From contig OZ251229.1 of assembly GCA_965240325.2 (NCBI GenBank), forward strand, positions 992,001 to 1,056,000: a stretch of DNA of 64,000 nt. Reading direction: 5' to 3'. Shown here one piece after another: positions 40,807-52,027 of this stretch. The notes beneath the pieces are model-generated. The model did no database searches. It had not been told where the DNA came from and saw only the letters and a program-made list of their open reading frames with translations. The translations under genes and the position numbers were made by a program. Positions within the stretch are counted from its first letter, which is position 1, and every line of letters begins with the position of its first letter. Source of the stretch: Rebecca billardiae RCC1528 (taxonomy: Eukaryota > Protista > Haptophyta).

Positions 40807-43146
40807 CTAGCGTGTCGACAGATGAGACGCGATTGCGCCTCGGCGCAGCACCTTGCGCGGAGCGCTGCGCTTGAGCTTGCGCTTCTTGTTGGCAGCACCC
40901 CCAGCCTTGCCCTGCGCGAGCGGTCGGACTGGGCCGTCGGCGGAGCCACTGCCGCGGGCAGATGCCGGGCGCGCGCTGCCGATCTCCGCGCCGCGCGCGA
41001 GCTCGGATGCCGGGCTCATCCCCACAGCCTGCTTGCCCCCCGACGCAGCGGCGCCACGCGGCCCTCTGTCGCCAGCTCGGCCTCGGTCGAGCTCGTCATC
41101 GCCTGACGCACTGTCGTCCTGCCCTTCGCCGTCGCTCTCGCTGCTCGCGGGCGCATTGGGCTCCTCCGCCTCCTCGTCGTCGTCCTCGTCGCTGCCTCCC
41201 GGCTCCAACGCTCTGTCAAGCTGCGCCTTGGTCAGCTTGCCGCGCTTGTAGGCGCGCAGCAGCCGTGCGTCGCGCGCGAAGTCGTCGTCGTCGTCGTCGT
41301 CGTCGCCAGCCGCCCTGGCAGCCTCTGCGAGCTGCCGCTTCTTGAGCGCGAGCGCCTTCGCGTCCGCCTTGGCGCGGCGCTCCTCGAGCCGCTTGCGCCG
41401 CCGTGCCTCGCGCTCCGCCTCCTTGTCGCGCGGCGCGGCGCGCGGCAGCGCCACCGCATCCGCCTTGGCCGCGCGCTTGGCGGCCAGCTGCTCGAGCCGC
41501 TTGCTCTCGCGCGCGCGATCGCGGTAGCCGATCTGGTCGATGTCGACGGGCACGTGCCCAACCGCCTCCTCCGCGTCCACGCCGCCCACGAAGCGCGCGA
41601 GGTGCTTGCTTCGCTCGCCCGCGCGCAGCTCGGCCATCCGCGGCATCTTGAGCAGCGCGTACGACGTGGCGAGCGCGCCCAGGTTGAGCTTCTTGAACTC
41701 GAAGACGTACTTGAGCTGGTGCTCCTTGTACGCGCGCACGTGCGCGACAAACGCGTGCACCGCGCGGTCGAGCAGCGCGCGGTCGGCGACGAGCGCCGCC
41801 TTGCACTCGCGCAGCGTCAGCGGCGCGTCCGGCACGGCGGGGCGCTCGAGCAGCGGCACGCGCCGGATGCGCAGGAAGTGCACGTACGTCTCCTCCTCGG
41901 GCGAGAGGAGGAGGAGGGAGGAGCCGAGCCGGCCCATGCGCGCGGTGCGGCCGACGCGGTGCACAAACGTGTCCGGGTCCTGCGGCGCGTCGTACTGCAC
42001 GATCCACTCGACCTCGGGGATGTCGAGGCCGCGCGCCGCCACGTCTGTGCACAGCAGGACGGCGCCACCGCCGTCGCCGCCGCCGTCGCGGCCGCCGCCG
42101 CCGTCGCGGCCGCCGCCGCCACCACCGCCGCGCTCGCCGCCACCACCGCCGCGCTCGGCGGCGCGCGCCCCGCCACCGCCGGCGGCGCGCTTCCGGTACC
42201 ACGCATACGTCGAGACGCGCTTGGAGTGGACCATCTTGCCGTGCAGCGGGCGCATCGCGACGCCCTGCAGCTGCGGCAGCAGCGGCAGCAGCGCGCCGAA
42301 GTACTCCACCGCCGCGCACGTGAGGAAGTACACGATCACGCGCGCGCCCGCGTGCGCGGCGAGGAACGCGACGAGCTGGTCGAGCTTCCGCTCGAGCTGC
42401 ACGTACGTGTAGTAGTTGGAGAGGGAGGCGGGCGTGGGCTGCGAGGTGGTGTCGAGCGGGGTGACGGCGACGTCGACCTTCACCGGGTTGCGCAGCCCCG
42501 CGCGCACGAGCTGCTCCACCTGCGCCGTCTGCGTCGCGCTGAACAGCCCCGTGCGCCGCTGCTTGGGCAGGTGGCGGAGGATGGCGTTGAGCGACGCCTC
42601 AAACCCCATGTCGAGGAGGCGGTCGGCCTCGTCGAGGACGAGGAGCTCGAGCTCTCGCAGCTGGAGCACGGGCTGGAGCCGCACGAGCGCATCCTCGATC
42701 CGGCCGGGCGTGCCCACGACCAGGTTGGCGCCCTCCTCGCGCAGCGCGCGCGCGTCCTCCTCCGGCTTGGTGCCGCCCACCAGCCGGAGCAGCGCGCACG
42801 GGCGGTCGTACTTGGTCCGGAAGAGGTCGGCGACGGCGCAGACCTGCGCGGCGAGCTCGCGCGTGGGCTCGACCACGATCGCGCCCACCTGCTGCGCGCG
42901 CAGCGGCTCCGAGCGCCGTGCGAGCATCTCGAAGAGCGGCACGAGGAAGGCGAGCGTCTTGCCCGAGCCGGTGCATGCCTGCACGACGACGTCCTTGCGC
43001 GTGAGCAGCTGCGGGATGACGGCCTGCTGGACCGGCGTGGTGACGGTGAAGCTGTTCTGCTGCAGCACCTCCAGTGTCGGGCCGAGCAGCGACGGCTCGA
43101 GCTGCGCGAATGGCAGGCGATCCTCGACGGAAGATGCGTCCGCCAT
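40807..43146 (-). CDS. DDX55: DEAD-box RNA helicase DDX55/Spb4 (60S biogenesis)
   Basis: Q motif TPVQ, ACTGSGKT, PTRELA, DEAD, SAT, DVAARGLD and HRVGRTAR, followed by the C-terminal AF..HVRAYKEH...LLKMPRM.EL typical of Spb4. Confidence 0.93.
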   Translation of the reverse strand: MADASSVEDRLPFAQLEPSLLGPTLEVLQQNSFTVTTPVQQAVIPQLLTRKDVVVQACTGSGKTLAFLVPLFEMLARRSEPLRAQQVGAIVVEPTRELAAQVCAVADLFRTKYDRPCALLRLVGGTKPEEDARALREEGANLVVGTPGRIEDALVRLQPVLQLRELELLVLDEADRLLDMGFEASLNAILRHLPKQRRTGLFSATQTAQVEQLVRAGLRNPVKVDVAVTPLDTTSQPTPASLSNYYTYVQLERKLDQLVAFLAAHAGARVIVYFLTCAAVEYFGALLPLLPQLQGVAMRPLHGKMVHSKRVSTYAWYRKRAAGGGGARAAERGGGGGERGGGGGGGRDGGGGRDGGGDGGGAVLLCTDVAARGLDIPEVEWIVQYDAPQDPDTFVHRVGRTARMGRLGSSLLLLSPEEETYVHFLRIRRVPLLERPAVPDAPLTLRECKAALVADRALLDRAVHAFVAHVRAYKEHQLKYVFEFKKLNLGALATSYALLKMPRMAELRAGERSKHLARFVGGVDAEEAVGHVPVDIDQIGYRDRARESKRLEQLAAKRAAKADAVALPRAAPRDKEAEREARRRKRLEERRAKADAKALALKKRQLAEAARAAGDDDDDDDDFARDARLLRAYKRGKLTKAQLDRALEPGGSDEDDDEEAEEPNAPASSESDGEGQDDSASGDDELDRGRAGDRGPRGAAASGGKQAVGMSPASELARGAEIGSARPASARGSGSADGPVRPLAQGKAGGAANKKRKLKRSAPRKVLRRGAIASHLSTR

Positions 43147-43303
43147 CGCGCCCGCCACGTTCCCGTCAGCGTGCGACGAGGTTCAAGGCAGTGGTCCAAG
43201 CAAGACGAAACCCGCTTGCGAGAGTCAAAACAGCTCCCGAGCAGGGCCGCAGCGTGAGTTTGCAATTGCCCCGCGCGCGGCCGTGGGACCGCGGGCCGGC
43301 CCG

Positions 43304-44638
43304 ATGCGCGAGAAGCTGACTGACGAGGAGCTGTTGCTCGTCTTCTCCCACCTCGACGTGGGCGACCTGTCTCACTGCGGGGCCACGTGCCGAAAGTGGC
43401 GGCGCCTCGCTGTTGAAGTGCTCGGCGGGTGGCGCAGTGAGGCCGAGCCGCGCGCCGCGGCCGTGCTTGTCGCCGCGCTTGCTAAGGACCGCGCCATCGA
43501 GGCGGTGGTGGCGCACATCCGCGCGCTGCGCTTCCGTCCGAATCTGGGCATCATCACCGTCTCGTCCAGCTTCTCGTCCAAGGCACGCGACGAGATCGTG
43601 ACCGCGATCGGCCGGGAGCTGCCCGCTGAGCTCGTGCTCGTGGGGTCAAGCTGCCGCGGCGCGATGGGGCCGCTGCACGGCCGCGCGCAGGACGCACCGG
43701 ACTCGCACGTGGAGCGCGAGACGGGCTCGTCGATCAGCCTGCAGCTGCAGTGGCTCCCCCAGTCGTCGATCCACTACTTCCTCCTCGGGGACACGGGCAG
43801 TCACACGCTGGTCGACACCGAGCCGGCCATGCGTCGCACGCGCCGCAGCCACGGTGCCGAGGCGCGCACTGGCTTCTTCGACGCGTGGATGGACTCGAGC
43901 TCGGGGGGCGACTACGACTCGCAGAACAAGCACTCGTCGCTCCTCGTCTTCAGCAGCGCCTCCGATGAGCGCACCCACGAGCGCGTGCTCAACTTCCTCT
44001 ACGGCTGGACGTTCCCGGTGGCTGGCGGGATCGCCAGCGGACCGGGCGCTCGCATCTACCTGTACTGCGGCGCACGCGGCGGGCTGCTGACGGCCAAGGA
44101 GCCGGTGCACACGGCGTTCGTGTGCGTGTGCTCGCCGCTCATCTCGATGCGAGCGTGCACCGTCTGCGAGGAGTGGGGCCACTCCGAGGCCGCGCAGGCC
44201 ACGGCCATGCGCCATTTTGTTCGCGCTGAGCCGTGCCAGAAATTCCTGTACCGGCTGCACGCGCTCGGCCCGCCGCTGGCGACCGTGCACGCAGGGCTTA
44301 TCATCTCGTGTATCGGGCGCGGCGTGCGCTTCCACGAGGGCGCGCGGGATTGCGAGGTGCGCGCGCTCGACGAGGCGCTCGGCCCCGGCCATGTGCCAAT
44401 CACCGGCTTCTTCTCGGGCGGTGAGATCGGTCCGTCCGGCGGCAGCGGCGAGTCGGGGCCACACACCTACGCGTGCGTGGTCGCGCTCTTTGGCAAGAAG
44501 GCCTCACAGGAGACGGACGACGAGTACACGGCGCGGATCAGCTCGCACTGCGGTTTCGCCAACTGCGCGTGCACGGATCTGAGCCAGGCTGGGCCCTTCG
44601 ACGAGGACTACATGGCCTATGTTGTGCCCCAACCGTGA
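43304..44638 (+). CDS. F-box + FIST-C domain protein (FBXO22-like)
   Basis: F-box LTDEELLLVFSHLDVGDLSHCGATCRKWRRL and FIST-C motifs SCIGRG, GFFSGGEIGP and HTYACVVALFG. Confidence 0.85.
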   Translation: MREKLTDEELLLVFSHLDVGDLSHCGATCRKWRRLAVEVLGGWRSEAEPRAAAVLVAALAKDRAIEAVVAHIRALRFRPNLGIITVSSSFSSKARDEIVTAIGRELPAELVLVGSSCRGAMGPLHGRAQDAPDSHVERETGSSISLQLQWLPQSSIHYFLLGDTGSHTLVDTEPAMRRTRRSHGAEARTGFFDAWMDSSSGGDYDSQNKHSSLLVFSSASDERTHERVLNFLYGWTFPVAGGIASGPGARIYLYCGARGGLLTAKEPVHTAFVCVCSPLISMRACTVCEEWGHSEAAQATAMRHFVRAEPCQKFLYRLHALGPPLATVHAGLIISCIGRGVRFHEGARDCEVRALDEALGPGHVPITGFFSGGEIGPSGGSGESGPHTYACVVALFGKKASQETDDEYTARISSHCGFANCACTDLSQAGPFDEDYMAYVVPQP

Positions 44639-45080
44639 CTGTCTGAGGCAGCTGACTCTGCTGAGGCTATCAGGCGGTGTCGGGGTAATAATACGACGAT
44701 GTGAGTGGCGTACTGATATGGTCCGACGAGGACCGGCATCTCAGACTCACATCGGCGGAGTCTGAGTTATTATTTAATTAACACTGTCTTATGAGAGTAA
44801 CGACTCGCAGACCGTTAATGACAGACTTCACTCCTAGGACAGGCTAGGTTACTCATGGCACCTAGGACAGATCAGTGGCAACTGCTCCGAAGGCGGAGTC
44901 AAGCTGAGACAGAGTCTCGACGAGTCACATCGTCATCAGGCACTGAGGATGACCGATGACGGATATATTATCCCGGGATATGAGACATGTCAGTGGCGCC
45001 TTATCGGCCTCGGGACATGACGAGGAGTGGCCCGATCTGCCCGATGCAGTATCGGTACTTATACTAATTCTATTATTTTT

Positions 45081-45430
45081 AAATAAAAGACACATCAGGC
45101 ACGAGGGCGCAGCTCTCCTGATTCGTCTGGCGTGGTAATGGACTGGCAGAAGCTTGAGGCAGTAGTGGTGTGAGCACGTTGACGGTTGGTCGCCAGCCGG
45201 TTCAGGTTGATACTTGATGTCATTCCCTCTTGCTATTTATGCTTATAGCGCCGGACCTTTACAGGTTTTTCTGAGTTAATTGTACGGGGTTTTCTGAGTT
45301 AATTGTACGAGCTCTCGCTGATCAATGCTTATAGCGACGGACCCGTTGTCGTCGTCAACGGCCCACGTCCTGACGTCCGGCCCGTCAGGAAGTAGGTACC
45401 AAGGCAAAGACTGGTGAGCATGTTGGTGTC
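45081..45430. repeat. Dispersed repeat family B (copy without the MITE)
   Basis: Homologous to 33770-34540. Contains internal tandem duplications (GTTTTCTGAGTTAATTGTACG x2; TGCTTATAGCG.CGGACC x2). Confidence 0.7.
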
Positions 45431-45872
45431 GTCGAGGGTGTCGCCTACCGGCAGTAGGAGTACTCCGAGAATAGCTCAAAACAGAGTCAATTATTAACTC
45501 AGTGGTAACTCGCGTGTCACGCGACTCTCAGTCTTGACTGACGGTCGCCGAGAGTGAGACAGTACTTAGTTAGTAATTACAGTTGCCACTCTACTGAGGC
45601 ATGAAGTGTGAGTGAAGCAGTCGGCAGCTAGTCCATTTCTCGCCTATACTGAGGACGCGCCTGCGGACTGCGTGACAGTCGATGATAGGTCTGCGGCGAT
45701 CTCTGGCCGAGTCGGAGCAGCAGCTCCGAGCTGCGCGCGGGCATCGTAGTCGCTGACGTGCTGGTTACGTCGCATTGCGCGGCGCTGTGTATCCGTAGAA
45801 AGGAGTCAAATGACCAATGGCGCTCTTTCTGACGTGTACACCGTGCAACGGCAGGAGTGCTCTTGCCCTTCG

Positions 45873-46046
45873 CTACCTCTGAATTTGCCGAGGTGTTGTG
45901 GGCGCCGACGGGTCGTCGTAGTTTGTGCGCGCGCGGCCAGTCTGGCGCATCCACACGCCGAAGACGAGGCTGATGCTCGTGGAGCAAACCATCCAGCCGG
46001 CGAAGAGCTTACCGTAGAAGATCCAGGGGTTGCGTTCTCCCGTCAT
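45873..46046 (-). CDS. Possible small single-pass membrane protein (~57 aa)
   Basis: MTGERNPWIFYGKLFAGWMVCSTSISLVFGVW has one hydrophobic helix. It is divergent from the PTR gene and no family is recognised. Confidence 0.25.
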   Translation of the reverse strand: MTGERNPWIFYGKLFAGWMVCSTSISLVFGVWMRQTGRARTNYDDPSAPTTPRQIQR

Positions 46047-46137
46047 GCCGCCCTGGAGAAGCGCGACGCCACGCGGGTGCGGTCGCGAATCGAAGCGGCG
46101 TCTCGTCACGTCTCACGGCAATACATTCATCCGCAGC

Positions 46138-47754
46138 ATGGCTGCCGGGGCGACGCCGCCGACGAGACATCCATGGGTAGCCACCTCATATCACGGCCGC
46201 AGTCGTCAGCTGTCGTGCGCGTGCATCGTCGCGACCGAGCTGTGCGAGCGCCTCTGCTTCTACGGCGTCAGCACCAACTTTGTTGTCTACCTCACAGAGC
46301 ACCGCGGGCTTGACGACGATGCAGCCGCGCTCACGATCGCCCTGTGGCAGGCCAGCTGCTACGTGAGCCCGCTGCCGCTAAGCTGGCTCGCGGACATGCC
46401 GGCGGTAGGCCGGTACCGCATGATAGTCGTGTCCTCGTGCCTCAGCATCGCCGGCCAGGCCATCCTCGCCATGAGCGCCGCTGCGCCCGCCGGGTCGTCC
46501 TCGAGTGGCCGCGGCTTGGTGCTCGCACTTGGCCTGATTGCCCTCGCAACAGGCGGCTCCAAGTCGTCCGTCGGCGCGTTCGGGGCGGAGCAGCTCGAGG
46601 CGGATAGCACGAGCGCTGATGCGTACTGGACGGCGTTCTACGCCGCTATCAACGTCGGCTCGCTCGTCGCAGGCACCGCCATTGTCGAGTTGCAGATCCA
46701 GTGCGGCTGGGTCGTTGGCTTTGGCGCATGCGCTGCCATCTCCCTGCTTGGGCTTGCGCTCTTCGTCGGAGGAGGCGCGGTACTCGGCTACAGCGCGCGC
46801 CCGGGCGGGTCCGCGGCCCTCGCGAGCAGCGCAGACCACGACCACGCCGCTCCGTCCCGCCGCGCGCTGCGCGCGGCAGATCTGGCCCCGTTGTGCGCGC
46901 CCATGGCCGCGCTCAGTGCATTCTGGGCCGTCTACTGGCACCTGCCTCTGCTGGTGCTGCAGGGCGAACGGCTTGCGGGCGAGGTGCCCGCCGCGGTTCT
47001 CTCAACATGGGAGACGGCTGCGAACATCGCGTTGCTCCCGCTCGTGCTCGCGGCCGCGCGCACCCTCCACGTGCGCGACGAGCAGCGGCTGGCCGCCGGC
47101 CTGGGCGCGACGTCTCTCGCCCTGCTCTCTGCCGCCGTGCTCGAGCGAGAGCGTGCACACAGGCTTCGTCCGGCATCCGGCGGGCTCGCAGCTCCGTCCG
47201 AAGCGTGGCAGCTGCTCACGTATTCGCTGCTCGCGCTCGGCGAGTCGCTCGCGAGCGTCGCCGCACTGCACCTCTTTGACGCCCATGCGCCCGCGGGCCG
47301 GCGCTCCCTCGCCCAAGCGCTCTACCTGTTGGCACAGGCCGCTGGGAATTCGCTTGCAGCAGGCGCTCTCGCGCTCGCACACGTGCTGCCCACACGCGGC
47401 TGGCCTTTCGTCGCGGGCAACATCGACGCCGGCCGGCTCGACGAGTACTTTGCTTTGCTCGCTGTCAGCATGGCGGCGGCGGCTGCCATGTACGCATTGT
47501 TCGACCACAGGCAGCTGCTGCCTGTCCCGTGGCGGCGATGCTCCGCGCAGCAAAGCCCCAACGGTTACGGCAGCATATCAGCCCGCCGCACGAGGGACAG
47601 TGGTGCCAAGCTGCTGATCGCCGCCGACACAGGCATGCGCGACCACGGCGGAGCATCGCCTCTGCTGCCGGCACATCAGCAGCCTTTGCTGCCGCGGCCT
47701 GCCGCTGTCCGGGAAGTCGGCGGCAGCTATAGCTTATTAGCTAATAAAGGATGA
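46138..47754 (+). CDS. POT/PTR (NRT1/PTR) proton-dependent oligopeptide transporter
   Basis: ELCERLCFYG (ExxER motif), LAD...GRYR, LIALATGG.K..V.AFGAEQ, FY.AINVGSL and RLDEYF.LLA. Confidence 0.88.
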   Translation: MAAGATPPTRHPWVATSYHGRSRQLSCACIVATELCERLCFYGVSTNFVVYLTEHRGLDDDAAALTIALWQASCYVSPLPLSWLADMPAVGRYRMIVVSSCLSIAGQAILAMSAAAPAGSSSSGRGLVLALGLIALATGGSKSSVGAFGAEQLEADSTSADAYWTAFYAAINVGSLVAGTAIVELQIQCGWVVGFGACAAISLLGLALFVGGGAVLGYSARPGGSAALASSADHDHAAPSRRALRAADLAPLCAPMAALSAFWAVYWHLPLLVLQGERLAGEVPAAVLSTWETAANIALLPLVLAAARTLHVRDEQRLAAGLGATSLALLSAAVLERERAHRLRPASGGLAAPSEAWQLLTYSLLALGESLASVAALHLFDAHAPAGRRSLAQALYLLAQAAGNSLAAGALALAHVLPTRGWPFVAGNIDAGRLDEYFALLAVSMAAAAAMYALFDHRQLLPVPWRRCSAQQSPNGYGSISARRTRDSGAKLLIAADTGMRDHGGASPLLPAHQQPLLPRPAAVREVGGSYSLLANKG

Positions 47755-48515
47755 ATGTAATCGCCGGCTGACGACACGGACAATGATGATGACGACGATG
47801 ATATGCTTGATGCGTGCGCGCTTTATATTAGCATCGCGCTACGAACGAATACGACGCGATTCAGTCAGGAGTCAGCATCGTCAGGCTGCTCGCGCGCCAG
47901 CGCGCGCCGGCGCCCGGCGTCACGCGCCGCAGGCCCGCGGGGCGCGGCCGCGCGGGCCGGGGCCGGCGGTGGCGCCCGGGGCCGGGCGGGCCAGCGCTCA
48001 TCGGCGTCATCCAGCAGTAAGCACTACATGTCGTCAAGTAATATTAGTAGTGGTGCCAGCAGCGCGGCATGCCGCACGGCTGCTGCCGAGACAGTAGTAA
48101 CACTTAAGCTACTAGCTGCTTACTACTGCGCTTACTTAGAGTTAGAGTTACAGCAGTAGTCGTTACGGCGCCGACTAGAAGTCAATTATAGAGTCTCGTC
48201 AAGGCCTGAACCGTCATCTGCAAGGCCAAGAGACTACGCCTAGATGAGACGAGACAGAGTAGTGCGAATTATGCCCGCACCATTTAATAAATGGACCATT
48301 AGCCAGGGATGAAGGCGGCCGCCGGGAGGCGGGACTAAAATTGTCTCACTACTGTCTACTGAGGTATAGCTAACGCGACTAGCTGCTAACTAATATGCTG
48401 CTGCTATCTGTCATCGATCTGAATAAGGTCAGGCGATGTCGTTGATGGCGGTCCACTGCGTATATGGTCATCGTCCGACGGCACTACTTGACTATATAGA
48501 TATATATAGCTAGCT

Positions 48516-48684
48516 AGAGAGAGACTAGACTCTAGAGAGAGAGAGACTCGAGATGAGAGAGAGAGAGACTCGAGATGAGAGAGAGAGAGCTGAGTATAGA
48601 TGAGAGACTAGAGAGAGAGAGAGAAAGAGAGACTAGCCAGAGAGCCAGAGAGAGAGAGACTGAGAGACTATACGGAGAGAGAGA
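48516..48684. repeat. Degenerate (GA)n microsatellite
   Basis: GA runs interrupted by CTC, CTAG and TGA insertions. Confidence 0.9.
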
Positions 48685-48781
48685 GTCACTACGGAGCCAC
48701 GACCAGGCCCCGCTGGTATCACGGCCCTGGTCATGCAGCGCATTGTAATCAGTCTGCGTAGTTATACAGCTCACATGCCTG

Positions 48782-50920
48782 CTAGATCATGACGATCGCA
48801 GCTGGCTGCTCGGTTGTCTCATCGCCGTCGACCCAGCTGTTGCCGCCGTTCGACTCCTCATCGACCACCCAGATGTGCGGCCCGCTGGCCGAGTTCCACT
48901 CGCGGGCGCCGACGCACTGGCGGATCTCGTCATACCTGCGTATCACCGGCTCGTGATCGGCATAGCCGGCGCGTGCCGCCTCGATCACAGCGTCGCCAGC
49001 AGTCGGGCTCGTCCAGCCGACGCCAGCCGCGACGAGGGCGTCCGGCGAGAGGCGTGGCACGCGCAGGCCAGCCTGGTGCACGCGCACGCTTCGGAGGGCG
49101 CGCAGCTGCGGGAGCGCCCACACCTCCTCCTCCGAGACCTCGATCCCCTCGAAGGAGATGTGCGTGATCGTCGGCGGCAGCAGCTGCAGCGCGTCGCCCA
49201 GCCCACGCAACCCGCCGGGCGGCTCGGCCGCGCACGTTGGCCGCGCCGAGCGCTGGTACTCGAAGTCGCACGTCTGCACGTCGCAGCGCACCTCGAGGCG
49301 CTCGAGCGCGGGCGCGCGCCGCAGCATCTCCGCGAGCACAAAGTGCAGGTTGTCCGCCGCATGGTCCGCGTACCGCTCCTCCGCCGCCCCGTGAGGCAGC
49401 AGGGGCGTGGCCTGCAAGTAATGGCTGTCGTCAGCGTTGTGGTAGCGCGCCCAGAAGAGATCGAGGCTGAGCGAGCGCAGCGCGCCAAACGCGGGCCTCT
49501 CGCCCCGCAAGGTGGTGCGCGCGAGGGCGAGGGCTTCCGCGGAGTGGCGCAGCTGCTCGTTCTGGAACCACACGTCGCCGAGGTTGAGCGTCGCCTTGAG
49601 CTCGCGCAGCGCGGGCAGATGCGAGCCCAGGCTGAGCAGCGGCGCCCACCTGAGGCCGTGGTTGAGCGAGTACACGTTAGGCTCGAGCGGGGCGGCCGGC
49701 GGGCCGTCCGCGCCCGCCGGCGCGCCGGCCCTGTCGCCCGCCATCAGGTCCAAGCGCATCGGCTCGTTCAGCAGCACGTGCTGCCGGAAGCCGTGCGGCC
49801 CCTTCGCGTACCCGCCCACGCCGCCCCTCAGCACGAGGACACTGAGCGCCTCGAGCGAGCGCGGCAGCGCGGGCAGCACGCGCGCGGCCGCGGTGGGCAC
49901 GTTGAGCAGCTCGCACGGGAGCATGAGCCGGCGGAGCTGCGGCGCGGCGCGCAGCGTGTGCACCCACTCGCTCACCTCCATGTCCGCCTCCTCCAGGTGC
50001 AGCGACTGCAGCCCGGCGAAGAACGGAAAAGTCCGGATGGTCGGCAGCACCAGGCTCGCCACGCCTCCGTTCAGGTTGAGGCTGCGCACGCCGCCGCCGA
50101 GCTGGCGCACGATGAGGACGGTGCGCTTCGTGTTCGGCCCGTCGCCGCCGCACGGCCAGAACGTCAGCTCGCGGCAGCAGTTCTTCGGCAGCAGCTGCAC
50201 CAGCCGGCGCAGGCCGTCCGTCGAGGGCCAGAAGCGGTGCGCCCACCGGTTGGCGGGCGCGCGCCTCGGCACGTCCTCCGGCCGCTTCTTGCCGCGCCGG
50301 CGCGCGCGGTACTCGCTCGGCAGCTTGGCCGGCTCGCACGCGAACTCGAGCGAGTGCCACATGTCCGGCCGCTCGCGCAGCGCGCGCCACCCCTTGCACA
50401 CGCACGTCGCGCACATGAGCCGATCGCGCAGCGAGAGATGGCCGCCGACGACAAGGATGAGCACGTCGAGCGAGAGGAGGCAGGAGAGCTCGCCGCTCGG
50501 CTGGCCGGTGTTGGGCACCTTGGCGAGGGAGGCCTTCAGCGCGCGCGCGCTCTCGCGCCGCGCGTGCTGCGCGGCCTTTGTCGCCGCCTTCTTGCGCTCG
50601 CGCTCCGCCTCGGCGTCGGCTATCGCTCGCTTCAGCGCCTCGAGCGCGGGCTTGCGCTGCTCGGCCGGCAGCTGCTCGTCGAAGACGACCTCGCTCCACG
50701 GCGGCTTGCTGAGGCCGAGCGCCATAAACGGCTGCTTCCGCTTGCCCCCGCCCACGAGCGTGCTCGGCAGCACGCACGAGAAGCACTTGTAGTGATGGAA
50801 CTCCCCCGCCTGGCCAGTCGGCCGGTTGAAGCGCAGCTCGCCCCTGGGCAGCAGCTTGTGGCACGACTCGCACTTGCAGTCGCGACCAACGATCTCGATG
50901 CGGTTCGTCGGGACGGGCAT
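48782..50920 (-). CDS. zf-PARP-like zinc finger + F-box + leucine-rich-repeat protein
   Basis: N-terminal CESCHKLLPRGELRF...HYKCF (C-x2-C...H-x2-C), F-box LSLDVLILVV..HLSLRDRL.CA.VCKGWR.L...PDMW, and LxxLxL repeats. Confidence 0.72.
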   Translation of the reverse strand: MPVPTNRIEIVGRDCKCESCHKLLPRGELRFNRPTGQAGEFHHYKCFSCVLPSTLVGGGKRKQPFMALGLSKPPWSEVVFDEQLPAEQRKPALEALKRAIADAEAERERKKAATKAAQHARRESARALKASLAKVPNTGQPSGELSCLLSLDVLILVVGGHLSLRDRLMCATCVCKGWRALRERPDMWHSLEFACEPAKLPSEYRARRRGKKRPEDVPRRAPANRWAHRFWPSTDGLRRLVQLLPKNCCRELTFWPCGGDGPNTKRTVLIVRQLGGGVRSLNLNGGVASLVLPTIRTFPFFAGLQSLHLEEADMEVSEWVHTLRAAPQLRRLMLPCELLNVPTAAARVLPALPRSLEALSVLVLRGGVGGYAKGPHGFRQHVLLNEPMRLDLMAGDRAGAPAGADGPPAAPLEPNVYSLNHGLRWAPLLSLGSHLPALRELKATLNLGDVWFQNEQLRHSAEALALARTTLRGERPAFGALRSLSLDLFWARYHNADDSHYLQATPLLPHGAAEERYADHAADNLHFVLAEMLRRAPALERLEVRCDVQTCDFEYQRSARPTCAAEPPGGLRGLGDALQLLPPTITHISFEGIEVSEEEVWALPQLRALRSVRVHQAGLRVPRLSPDALVAAGVGWTSPTAGDAVIEAARAGYADHEPVIRRYDEIRQCVGAREWNSASGPHIWVVDEESNGGNSWVDGDETTEQPAAIVMI

Positions 50921-52027
50921 CGTGCGCGCGTGCGCGCGGGACGCCGCAGTGCTTGCGCGTGCGCCCGCCTGGCCGTGGGGGCTCCACGCAGCTCGATGCC
51001 ACGAAACCTCCCGGACCGTCGTCGTCAAGAGATCTTTTTTCCTTGGCCGGGGCCGAACCGCTCCTCGGAAAGCTATAGTAAATGTGGGTACGTCGTGATG
51101 GCCAATCACACCCGTATTATTAACACTTTTAACTTAAGCTACCGTAAACCGGCGGCGCGGTTCTTTTAACGGCCCGCCATTCCCCTTTATAACGGGCTCC
51201 GGGTGATCAGACTGGCGGCCGAAGCCTCCAGCGTTCTGAGCGCCGTGTCTTGCGCGTACTCGGTACTGGCCTGGGCAGCTGTCCGGTTAAGACCCGGACT
51301 GCCACTGCCGCGTGCAACGGTGCAAGCACTGCGGCCGCAGGGCCCTCGCCCCATTGGGAGAGGGGAGGTAGTCCGGGTCTCAACCGGACAGCCTGGGCAG
51401 TCACTCACTGACTCACTCACTCATGACACTCACTCACTCCAGGCTCCACTGACTCCGCACTGGGCGGCACTGGCGGACTGGGGAGTGCCTCTCGTCGCAG
51501 GAGGCCGACGTCGGGGGCCCGTCTAAGTATAATGCACTAATGGCGTCTACTCCGTTGGCACAACTCTACTACAAGTCTGGCAGTAGACTAGCTAGTCGGA
51601 CAAGTCTGCCCTACTGTAAGTAGAGTAGTCGGCGGCGTGGCATCACGCAATATTACAGACAATTATTCAATACTCCGCGTGACTCAGCCGGACCGTCACC
51701 ATTCTTGCTGCCGAAGTGTGATCCAGTCGCGTCAGCAGGACAATAGTCAGAGTAGTCTGCGAGTCCGAAGTACTCATACTAATTATGATAATTATTAGCT
51801 AGTGAGGCCGGCATTGGCGCTCACGCCGCTGCTCACGCCGCACGCCGCGGTACTAAGACGGAGTGCCTGTGACAGCGGGCTGTGAGACAGTGAGCGCCCT
51901 CGTCGGGAGAATTAGATATATATGACACAGACGGAGTGACTCAGGCATGACTCATGAGCCTGGCGACGACCGTGATGAATCCTGCCGGGGGAGGTCAGCA
52001 CCTAGCCTCCGTCTCCGTAATACATGG

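Noticed and set aside
48875-51169. Long antisense or alternate-frame ORFs (e.g. 48875-51169, 21582-24497, 41554-43257, 60885-62627)
   Set aside because: These are shadow frames of real GC-rich genes. Stop codons are rare at this GC content and the peptides are Arg/Ala/Gly-biased with no motifs.
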